From: Malacoraja senta
Taxonomy: Eukaryota
DNA length: 35,095 bases
Direction: 5' to 3'
Assembly: GCA_038087875.1 (NCBI GenBank)
Contig: JAXLNO010000067.1
Span: 62,001 to 97,095, forward strand
Below the pieces are notes generated by a model. It ran no database searches. It saw only the letters and a list, made by a program, of their open reading frames with translations, and was not told where the DNA came from. The position numbers and the translations under genes are program-made. The first letter of the stretch is position 1. Each line of letters begins with the position of its first letter. Positions 11,815 to 21,861 of this stretch are shown piece by piece.

Positions 11815-12490
11815 GGAACAAGGGAACAAGAAAACTCTTATTTGCAACAGCATACTTGCAACAGCATAACAGACCAGTACATACAATACACATCGATATA
11901 GGGTGGTAGAACTGCTGTATGTCATAGAGTGCACAGTGCCATGACCGGGCTGGATCACATTGCCAGACACCCGGGCTGGATCCTCACCACAGGGGCTGCC
12001 GGTGCGGAATTTGTACATTCTCCCTGAGGCCGTGTGGGTTTTCTCCAGGTGCTCCAATTTCCTCACACTTCCCAAAGATGTGCAGGTTTGAAGGATAATT
12101 GGCTTTTGTAAATAGCCCCTTGTATGTAGGATGCAAAAGCGACATAATATAGAACTAATGCTTGGGTGATCGATGGTCAGTGTGGACTCGTGGGCCGAAG
12201 TGCCTGTTTCCAAACTGTATCTCTAAACTCTAAGTAATATATAATAAACAAAAACAAAAAAATTAATAACCTTACCACTAGTGCAAAAATAAAACAAACT
12301 CCTTAGTCCGTAGACGTTAATAGGTGAGGTTAGTGTTGCGTATTGTTCAAGAACCTGATGGTTGTTGGAAAGAGGTTATTCTTGAACCTGGTGGTCATGA
12401 TGGTCCGGGTGAAATTAGAACGTTGCCACGGTGATATGGGTCTTTGATGACATTGGCTGACTTTTTGAGGCAGAGCCTCCTATTTGATGG
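11815..12490 (-). mobile_element. Rex1/Babar-like LINE 3' fragment, interrupted by a SINE
   Basis: GTTCAAGAACCTGATGGTTGTTGGAAAGAGGTTATTCTTGAACCTGG and GGGTCTTTGATGACATTGGCTGACTTTTTGAGGCAG (LKK.ANVIKDP on minus). Homologous to 27165-27245. Confidence 0.6.
11897..12232 (+). mobile_element. tRNA-derived V-SINE (HE1-like)
   Basis: V-domain GTGTGGGTTTTCTCCAGGTGCTCCAATTTCCTCACAC...CCAAAGATGTGCAGGTT; CR1-type tail GGGCCGAAGTGCCTGTTTCC...TATCTCTAAAC. Confidence 0.75.
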
Positions 12491-12864
12491 TGCGATTGGT
12501 AAACAGGGAGTACCTGACATAGACCGGGCCATCAATGTCACAGAGAGGATGCAAGGAACGACAACTTATGCCTTTCAGGAGTGAACTCTCCAACACATGA
12601 AAAAGTATATGAGTGGACACAGTAAAAGCAGCTCCTATTATCACCAGCTCCCACTTCTCCACATATCACTACAAGCACCAAATTGGACAATGGCTGGCTT
12701 TACCCTTGCATGGAGTCCGATCAAGCATCCATTGGTGGGATCCTTGTGGGCTCAAACAACATTGACACCTCATCTGAGACTAGCTTCCACCACTGCTAGT
12801 GCCATGATGGTTGGTCAAGGAATAGCTCTGTAAGAATGAAAGCTGTGAAAAGGACATGAATATA

Positions 12865-14649
12865 TAAAAGGATGCAGATAGTTGAGTGAAAAAATCTGGT
12901 ATGTGGAGTACAATATGGGAACATGTCAAATTGTCTATTTTGGCAGAAAATGAAAAAAATTGAAGTGTATGAGAGGCATAGATAAAGGTATGAAGACTAT
13001 GAGAGGCTCAGATAGGATTCGGAACCTTTATCCATGGTGTAAATGTCCAACACTAGAGGGCCCTAAGGTGAGAGGGGAACGTTTAATGGAGATGTGTGGG
13101 ACAAGTTTTATAACACAGAGAATGGTGGGGGTCTGGAACACATCGCCTGGGGTGGTGGTGGAGGCAAATATGATAGTTTTAGATAGGCACATGGAAGTGT
13201 GGGGAATAGAGAAATATGGATCATGTACTGGCAGATGAGATCAGTTTAACTTGGCATCAAGTTCGGCACAAACATTGTGGGCTGAAGGGCCCATTCCTGT
13301 GCTGTGCTGTTCAATGTTCTATGTTCTATTATTAAATAGTGAAAGATTGCAGAGATCTGAAAAGTAGGATCTAATATTCACATACAGCAATTAGAAAAGA
13401 CAATAGATTAGTGAATGTTTATGTTTATTGCATGAGGAATCAAATACAAACTACATCAGTTATGCAAGACATTGTTGAGACCACATCTGGAGCAATGTTT
13501 ACAGTGTTGTACTTATTTTTAAAAAATGGCACAGATGTTTTAGACACAATTAAGAAAAGTGTTATCTAGCTTGTATCTGGAATGGGCAGACTGTATTATG
13601 AGAACATATTGGACAGGCTAGGCTTGTAACCCCCTAGAGTTTAAAAAGCGAGAGGCAACTTGATTGAAACATAAGATCCTTAGGGGTCTTGAAAGATGGA
13701 TGTGGAGAAAATGTTTCCTCGAGGGAGAATCTAGAACTAAAGGTCACTGTTTAAAAGTAAAGGGTTACCCATCTAAATAGAGCTGAGGTGAATATTAATT
13801 CTAAGAGGGTCATGTTTTTTAGAAACTTTCTTCTACCAAGGACGATGAAAGTATAGCCTCCAAATATTTTCAAAGTAGATGCAGATAGATTAGTAAAGGG
13901 GTAAAAGATTACCAGTGGTATACTTGAATGCAGAGGTGAAGTTGTAGCCATTGAGATCTGATAGCCAACACCTGATCCTATTTTGTACAGTATTTTCATC
14001 ATATGGCCAAAAATGAGAGCTATGGCAGATAATATTCAGGGAAATCCAACGAGATTTTATGTACAGTAAGAGAGAGTATAGGGCCTCTCACAAACCAAAG
14101 ACCTCATCGGTGTGTGGAGTATAGGTGATGGGCAAATTCCTCAATGCGTATTTCTCCTTTGTTTTTATTGTGGATAAAGGCATGAAGACTGGGAAACATG
14201 AAAGAGTTAATGGAGATGTCTTGAGGACACTCCACATTACAGTCAAAGAGGTCCTGAATGTCCAAAGGTGTATGTAGGTAGATAAATCTCCTGGGCCTGA
14301 TCCGATGTATCTGAGGGCGCTGTAGGAAGTTAGTGAAAGAATTGGAGAATTATGATACATGAATCATAATTAGACACGGACGAGGTGCCGGAAGACTGGA
14401 GGGTGGATGATACTGTGTCTCTATTTAAGAAGAACTGCAAGGAAAAGCCTGGGAAATATAGACCACTGAGCCTACCATCTGTTGTAGGTAAGTTACTGGT
14501 GTGAATTCTGAGGGATAAGATATATATGCATTTAAATAGACAGGGGATGATTAGGGCTAGTCATTGTACCCAGGACATTGTGTCTTATGAATCTAATTGT
14601 TTTTTGCAGATGTGACCTATTTTGCAAAAAGTATAGAAGTTGGAAGGTC
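12865..14649 (+). mobile_element. Mosaic of decayed CR1 LINE ORF2 and 3' fragments
   Basis: CR1 3' end with (TGTTCTA)n tail at ~12960-13328 nested in an older CR1. DKSPGPD (14281) and KPGKYRPLSLPSVVGKL (~14443) relics. Confidence 0.75.
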
Positions 14650-14890
14650 GCTGGAGGGGTGTCCGATGAGCATCCCTGCGCAGGAAGACGAACTGGCAGA
14701 GGGAATGTGCGAACGGAAGGACCCATGACGAGACGTGGGCACCGGCGCCAGCTTGCCCACTGTCTGCTGAAGACGTTGCAGGGTGTCCGAAGGCTGCTCC
14801 ACCTGGCCCTGTGCCGGTGGGATGAACTCCCCGGGCACCGTCAATGGGGCCCCATACACCAACTCGGCGGAGGAGGAGGCCAAGTCCACC
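14650..14890 (-). mobile_element. Gypsy LTR-retrotransposon integrase C-terminal fragment
   Basis: DLASSSAELVYGAPLTVPGEF...LAPVPTSRHG, then in a shifted frame FVFLRRDAHRTPLQR. Confidence 0.8.
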
Positions 14891-15420
14891 AATCCACAGG
14901 AACTGATCCAGAATCTATAGAACATTGGAAAATGATTACCAATGCATCCACGATTTCTAGAGTCACATCCTTACGTACCCTGGGATGCAGACCATCAGGC
15001 CTTTAAATTCTTGGCTAGCTTACCTTCGTACCTCATCTTTTCACCCCGTATTGCCCTTTATCATCTGTTGCTCTTTAAACATTACCCAATCCTCTGGCTT
15101 CCCGCTCATCTTTGCTATGTTGTATTTCTTCTCTTTTATTTTTATACTATCCCTGACTTCCCTTGTCAGCCACGGTCGTCCCTTACTCCCATTGGAATCT
15201 TTCTTCCTCTTTGGAATTAACTGATCCTGCGCCTTCTGTATTATTCCCAGAAATACCTGCCATTGTTGTTCCACTGTCATCCCTCCTAGGGTATCTTTCC
15301 AGTCAACTTTGGCCAGCTCCTCCCTCATGGCTCCATAGTCCCCTTTGTTCAACTGTAATACTGACACTCCTGATTTATCCTTCTCCCTCTCAAATTGTAG
15401 ATTAAAACTTATCATATTAT

Positions 15421-16284
15421 CCAGTCCTACTAATCAATATGAACATCTGGATCAAACCTGTGACCACTGCGAAAGAGCAGCTGACTAGGGAAAGGCCTAG
15501 CGACGGCCTGGAGAGACTGCTGACCGGAGGGAATAGACCCCACCGGGGCTGGCATGGGCAAGCTCCTCATGCCAGCAGGATCCATCGCTATTCAGCATTT
15601 TGGATCCACCCTTATATTGGTACAGAAGGAATCGACTATGAGTAAGATAACTAGCACAGCAATTGACAGAGCAGCAGCCCCGGCAGGACATAAGCTATGA
15701 AGCTGCATCTGTGGCTGGGAAAAGATAACATCAGAGAAGGGTCTCAAGATCCACCAGAGTAGGGAAAAGTGCCTGGGAGAGCTTGGTGTGGGGCCTCGAA
15801 TTGACCATTACCTTCTAAGATATAGGCCAAATCAGTCGAGTGAAACCCAGTGGCAGGTTAACCACCACAGTCCACAGGGTATCAGCACCCCAGGTGAAGC
15901 TCAATCAAGTACTGTCCCACCAATGGACATGAGTCCAGAGCCCAACCAGCCACAGTCAACGGTAGAGAGGAAAATGGAAGGAAAAAAGCAGAATGTAGCA
16001 GTCACAGGCTGTGGTTGAAGAGAAAATATGCTGTCTGGGCTACCACGTGAGCATCTAGAGGCTAACCATAAGACACACACCCATGGCTGATCACCCTGCG
16101 GTGGGCCTGCCTCGACTGAGGGTGTTTTGTGATAAAAGGCCAAAACACCCAGTGACGTTGAGGTACACAACTGAAGATGTGTCTTATAGGTAGCAAATCA
16201 CCTAGTGGTCACCCCCAAGAATACCGGGTGTCAGTTGTGGTGAAGAACCTTCGGGATTGTAACATCCAGTCCTACTAATCAACA
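15421..16284 (+). mobile_element. Non-autonomous, internally deleted HERO/R2-like (RLE) non-LTR element
   Basis: ATG 15638, then CICGWEKITSEKGLKIHQSREKCL...GPRIDHYLLR (zinc-finger-like; in-frame TGA at 15698), fused at ~15988 to the C-terminal AECSSHRLWLKRK...* (16050). ATTAT TSD at 15416-15420 and 16285-16289. Confidence 0.72.
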
Positions 16285-16555
16285 ATTATGATCATTACCT
16301 CCTAATGGCTCCTTAACCTCAAGTTCCCTTATCAAATCCAGTTCATTACACAACACTAAATCCAGAATTGCCTTCTCCCTGGTAGGCTCCAGTACAAGCT
16401 GCTCTAAGAATCCATCACAGAGGCAATCCACAAACTTCCTTTCTTGGGGTCCAGTACAAACCTGATTTTCCCAGTCTACGTGCATGTTGAAATCCCTATA
16501 ACAACCGTAGTATACCTTTAAGACATGCCAATTTTAACTCTTGATTCAATTTGCA

Positions 16556-17411
16556 CCTCCAGTTAAGGTGTAACCCGTCCCTATTGTACAGGTCACACCT
16601 ACCCCAGAAGAGATCCCAGTGGTCTATAAATCTAAATCCTTGCTCCCTGCCACCCATTCAGGTCCCCTATCTCCCTGTTCCTGCCATCACTAGCACGAGG
16701 TACAGGATTCAATCCAGAGATAACCACCCTAGATTTCCGGCTTTTCAGTCTTCTTCCTAACTCTCTAAACACGTGTTGCAGAACCTCCTTCCACTTCTTC
16801 CCGATGTCATTTGTGCCTACGTGCACAACTACTGCCGGTTGTTCACCTTCCCTCTCGAGGATGTTCTGAAGTCAGTCTGTGATATCTTGAACCCTGGCAC
16901 CAGGAAGGCAACAGACCATCCTCGAGTCTCGGCTGCCGCCACAGAATCTCGATTCCATATCTCGGACAATGGAGTCACCCACCACTATAGCTCTGCCCGA
17001 CGTCGGTCTCGCCGGTCGAGTCTCATCGCTTGGGTTGGAGCCACCGACCTGTCCACCTGTCAGACTGGAAGCATTGTCTGCCCCGACAGCTCCCAAAAGG
17101 GTGTATCTGTTTTCATTAGGTACAGACACAGGAGTCTCCTGCACTCCACGTTTACTCCTCGTTCTCACAGTCACCATCCTTCGCTCTTCCTGTAACCTTG
17201 GCGTGACAACCTCACTGTAGGTCTTATCCATGAAACTCTCGTTATCCCGGATGGCCCTGAGGTCATCCAGCTGTTTCTCCAGTCCCCCAACACAGTCCTT
17301 CAGGAGCTGAACCTGGACACACTTATCACAGTTATAGCAGCCAGAGGCACCATCAGTGTCTCTGACCTCCCACATCCTGCAAGCTTCACACTGAATCAGC
17401 TTACCCATCAT
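16556..17411 (-). pseudogene. CR1 ORF1 (Cys motif and SGNH/GDSL esterase), disrupted
   Basis: CEACRMWE...CDKC, VVGDSIVR, CLPGARV, stop at 16872, then VHVGTNDIG. Confidence 0.88.
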
Positions 17412-17605
17412 GTCTTCACCGCATCCTGTCCTCTCCAACTTTTGGCTTAATCTCCTCTCCTCAGTTTCCTCACCAAAAACTCTCGAGCCAAAGACTCACA
17501 CTTTTCTCACAAGAATCTCAAGCCAAAGAATCCCACTTTTCTAACAAGGCCACTCCCCGACAGCAAACCTTGCTTAAATATTGGCTGATAAATTGCCTAA
17601 TTGTC

Positions 17606-18237
17606 CATCACTCACACCTAACAGCACTGCTACTCTCATCCACGCCCTCGTCACCTCCCGTATTGATTATTGTAACTCTCTCCTCTCTGGTTTACCCCGC
17701 AAGTCCATCTATAAACTCCAATAGGTCCAGAAATCAGCTGCCCGCATTATCACCAGAACCCCATCCACCGAACATATCACTCCCATCCTCAAAGAACTGC
17801 ACTGGCTCCCTGTCCAATACCGCATTGATTTTAAGATTCTCCTCCTCACTTTCAAAGCCCTCCACAATCTCTCCCCTCCATCCTCTCTGAACTCCTCCAG
17901 CCTTATACTCCATCCCAAACTCTCCGATCCTCTACTTCCTCCCTGCTCTCCACTCCATCTGCCCGCCTGTCCACGATGGGGTTCAGAGCCTTCAGCCGTT
18001 CTGCCCCTCACCTCTGGAACTCTCTCCCACTATCCATCCGTAACATAGAGTCTCTCCCCACCTTTAAAATCTCCCTCAAAACTCACCTATTCAGACTGGC
18101 CTATCCCACGTAACTCCACTTTCTATCGAATTCATGGATATGTTGTTTTTGTTTCATTTTATTTATATATTTGTAATTTGCCTGTTTTAACTGTAAGGTG
18201 TCCTTGAGCGTTCTGATTATTATTATTATTATTATTA
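17606..18237 (+). mobile_element. L2-clade LINE 3' end with (ATT)n tail
   Basis: [46 protein letters not shown]; tail at 18215-18237. Confidence 0.87.
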
Positions 18238-18436
18238 GCAAATTAAATTCCTCAGCCGATCACCGAACTCCTGCTGCTCCCGAACTTGAAGGCATGTGAT
18301 CCTCCTAGCTGGTCGCGCCTGGTTTTAAACTAACCGCTACTGAAAGAAACACAAAGAAACTCCCAAGAGCTTACCTCTCAGCCAATCACTGAACTCACTC
18401 CTGTTGCTCCCAAACTTGAAGGTATGTGACAGAAGG

Positions 18437-20568
18437 ATGTTATCCCACTTTTCAAGAAAGGTTGGAGAGAGAGAACATGGAATTATAGACCAGTTAGCCT
18501 GACATCGGTGGTGGGGAAGATATAACCATATAACCATATAACCATTACAGCACGGAAACAGGCCATCTCGGCCCTTCAAGTCCGTGCCGAACACTTTTTT
18601 TTTTTTTTTTTTAATTTTTTTTTTTTTTACTTCCCCCTAGTCCCGTCTACCTGCACTCAGACCATAACCCTCCATTCCTTTCCCGTCCATATACCCATCC
18701 AATCTATTTTTAAAGGATAAAATCGAACCTGCCTCCACCACTTCCACTGGAAGATCATTCCACACAGCTACCACTCTCTGAGTAAAGAAGTTCCCGCTAA
18801 TGTTACCCCTAAACTTCTGTCCCTTAATTCTCAAGTCATGTCCCCTTGTTTGAATCTTCCCTACTCTCAATGGGAAAAGCTTATCCACGTCAACTCTGTC
18901 TAACCCGCTCATAATTTTAAAGACCCCTCTTAACCTTCTGTGCTCCAAAGAATAAAGACCTAACTTGTTCAACCTTTCTCTGTAACTTAGTTCCTGAAAC
19001 CCAGGCAACATTCTAGTAAATCTCCTCTGTACTCTCTCTATTTTGTTGACATCCTTCCTATAATTAGGCGACCAAAATTGTACTCCATACTCCAGAATTG
19101 GCCTCACCAATGCCTTGTACAATTTTAACATTACATCCCAACTTCTATATCCAATGCTCTGATTATAAAGGCCAGCACACCAAATGCTGGTGCTGAGCAA
19201 ATGAAGATGCTGGTGTCAATTGTAAAAGATGAAATAGCGGCACATTTGGATAGCAGTAACAGGATCGGTCTGAGTCAGCATGGATTTACGAAGGGGAAAT
19301 CATGCTTGACTAATCTTCTGGAATTTTTTGAGGATGTAACTAGAAAAATGGACAAGGGAGAGCCGGTGGATGTAGTGTACATGGATTTTCAGAAAGCAAT
19401 TGATAAGGTCCCACATAGGAGATTAGTGGGCAAAATTAGGGCACATGGTATTGGGGCCATGGGTGCTGACATGGATAGAAAATTGGTTGGCAGACAGGAA
19501 GCAAAGAGTAGGTATTAAAGGGTCCCTTTCAGAATGGCAGGCAGTGACTAGTGGGGTACCGCAAGGCTCAGTGTTGGGACCGCAGCTGTTTACAATATAC
19601 ATCAATGATTTAGATGAAGGGATTCAAAGTAACATTAGCAAATTTGCAGATGACACAAAGCTGGGTGGCAGTGTGAACTGTGAGGAGGATGCTATGAGAA
19701 TGCAGGATGACTTGGACAGGTTGGGTGAGTGGGCAGCTGCATGGCAGATGCAGTTTAAAGTGGATAAATGTGAGGTTATCCACTTTGGTAGCAAAAACTG
19801 GAAGACAGATGGTTATCTAAATTGTTTCAAGTTGGGAAAAGGGGAAGTACAACGGGATCTGGGGGTCCTGGTTCTTCAGTCAATGAAAGTAAGCATGCAG
19901 GTACAGCAGGCAGTGAAGAAAGCGAATGGCATGTTGACCTTCATAACAAGAGGAGTTGAGTATAGGAGCAAAGAAGTCCTTCTGCAGTTGTACAGGGCCC
20001 TAGTGAGACCACACCTGGAGTATTGTGTGCAGTTTTGGTCCCCCAATTTGAGGAAGGACATTCTTGCTATTGAGGGAGTGCAACGTAGGATTACAAGGTT
20101 TATTCCCGGGATGGCGTGACTGTCATATGCTGAGAGAATGGAGCGGCTGGGCTTGTATACTCTGGAGTTTAGAAGGATGAGAGGGCATCTTATTGAAACA
20201 TAAGATTATTTAGGGTTTGGACACGCTAGAGGCAGGAAACATGTGCCCGATGTTGGGGGAGTCCAGAACCATGGGCCACAGTTTAAGAATAAGGGGTAAG
20301 CCATCTAGAACGGAGACGAGGAAACATTTTTTCACACAGAGAGTTATGAGTCTGTGGAATTCTCTGCCTCAGAGGGCAGTGGAGGCTAGTTCTCTGGATA
20401 CTTTCAAGAGAGCGCTAAATAGTGCTCTTAAAGATAGTGGAGTCAGGGGATATGGGGAGAAGGCTGGAACGGGATATTGATTGGGGATGATCTGCCATGA
20501 TCACATTGAATGGCGGTGCTGGCTCGAAGGGCCGAATGGCCTACTCCTGCACGTATTGTCTATTGTCA
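18437..20568 (+). mobile_element. CR1 LINE 3' half (RT), frameshifted, (TATTGTC)n tail
   Basis: NYRPVSLTSVVGK|MLVSI..SQHGF..SCLTNL, GVPQGSVLGP, KFADDTK, RPHLEYCVQFW. Frameshift at ~19455 and stop at 20117. Confidence 0.92.
18522..19185 (-). mobile_element. 5'-truncated CR1 nested in the preceding CR1
   Basis: LYKALVRPILEYGVQFWSP...FFTQRVVAVWN; (ATAACCAT)3 tail; GAAGAT TSD at 18516-18521 and 19203-19208. Confidence 0.9.
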
Positions 20569-21016
20569 TCCTTGTAAATCTTCTCTGAACCCTTTCAAGC
20601 TTGACAATATCTTTCCTACAACCAGGTGCCTAGAACTGAACTGAATACTCTGAATGCGGTCTCACCAATGTCTTATACAACTGCAACATGACCTCCCAAC
20701 TTCTATACTTTTTGCAAAATAGGTCACTTCTGCAAAAAACAATTAGATTCGTAAGACACAATGTCCTGGGTACAAATCAATGCTGACTAGCCCTAATCAT
20801 CCCCTGTCTATTTAAATGCATATATATATATTATCCCTCAGAATTCACACCAGTAACTTACCTCCAACAGATGGTAGGCTCACTGGTCTATATTTCCCAG
20901 GCATTTCCTTGCAGTTCTTCTTAAATAGAGACACGGTATCTTCCACCCCACAGTCCTCCGGCACCTCGCCCGTGTCTGATGATGATTCATGTATCATAAT
21001 TCTCCAATTCTTTCAC
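20568..21016 (-). mobile_element. CR1 fragment containing an inverted copy of 14333-14649
   Basis: 20690-21016 is the reverse complement of 14333-14649, including the same deletion junctions. Confidence 0.88.
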
Positions 21017-21077
21017 CAGAAGGGCTGAATGGACTACTCCTGCACCTGTTATCTATTGTCTCTTGTCTATTGTCTAT

Positions 21078-21860
21078 TTCAGTGTAGGTGATTCAAGAAC
21101 CAGAGGGCATAGGTTTAAGGTGAGAGGGGAAAGATTTAATATGTGTCTGAGGGGCAACTTTTTCAAACAGAGAGTGGTGCCTATTTGGAACAAGCTGCCA
21201 GAAGAGGTAGTTGAGGCAGGTATTATAACAACATTTGAAGGATATTTGGTGTGAGGAAGGGGTTAATAGGTATAAGTTGATTTACACAAGAACCCTTTGT
21301 ATAGTAGGGAGTATAGTAGGGAGGATAGGGGGAGTGAAGAACGAGTACAGATGGTGACTTTTTCAAGGATGAGAACAGAGAAGATAGCAACAGCCCAGCA
21401 AAGAACTAGGGTAAGAGTCAGGAGAAACACTCTGTGTGCATGGGCAATGAACTTACATGAATATGTACACACACCCACTATGACAAGATGTCCCATTTAA
21501 ATGCACATGCGATGCATGATATGGGAGGTGTCTTTGACGTCGGGTGGACGTTCCAGGACATTCTCGTGGGAATGTGGGCTTTATGTTATGATTGGAAGAA
21601 GCACAATGGGAGTGATGAGGGTGTGACAATGATACCCATGAAATGTATAAAGATAGAAGACATCCCGATCCTCGGTGTGCCTCTAGGGGACATCAGAGGA
21701 GAGGCACCTATTCTGCAGAATATGATTTAAATAAAAAGCTTCTTTGCCGACTTTGTCTCTAAAAGCGTTTGTGATTTTGAATCTCACATTTGGGCAGGTA
21801 CATGAATATGAATCTTTTAAAGGGATATTGGCTACATGCGGGCAGGTGGGACTAGTGTAG
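21078..21860 (+). mobile_element. CR1 3' fragment split by a solo LTR
   Basis: SRTRGHRFKVRGERF...FFKQRVVPIWNKLPEEVVEAG; resumes after 21788. Confidence 0.85.
21250..21788 (+). mobile_element. Solo LTR, 539 bp
   Basis: TGTGAG...CTCACA termini; TTTGG TSD at 21245-21249 and 21789-21793; TATAAA 21646; AATAAA 21730. Confidence 0.9.
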
Positions 21861-21861
21861 A

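Larger units (their letters stand above)
14899..18430 (-). mobile_element. CR1 LINE 5' half (5'UTR, esterase ORF1, partial endonuclease) with internal deletions; hosts HERO-like and L2 insertions
   Basis: EPTREKAILDLVLCNE...EPLGGNDHN|MISFNLQFE across the insertion. ORF1 at 17411-16556. Duplicated 5'UTR unit at 18252-18299 and 18377-18429. Confidence 0.85.

Noticed and set aside
12490..12830. Unique-looking stretch with short ORFs
   Set aside because: No motif or splice support; left unannotated.
16171..16187. Hammerhead in the HERO-like 3'UTR (CTGAAGA)
   Set aside because: No GAAA follows the partner strand of the adjacent helix, so the topology does not fit.
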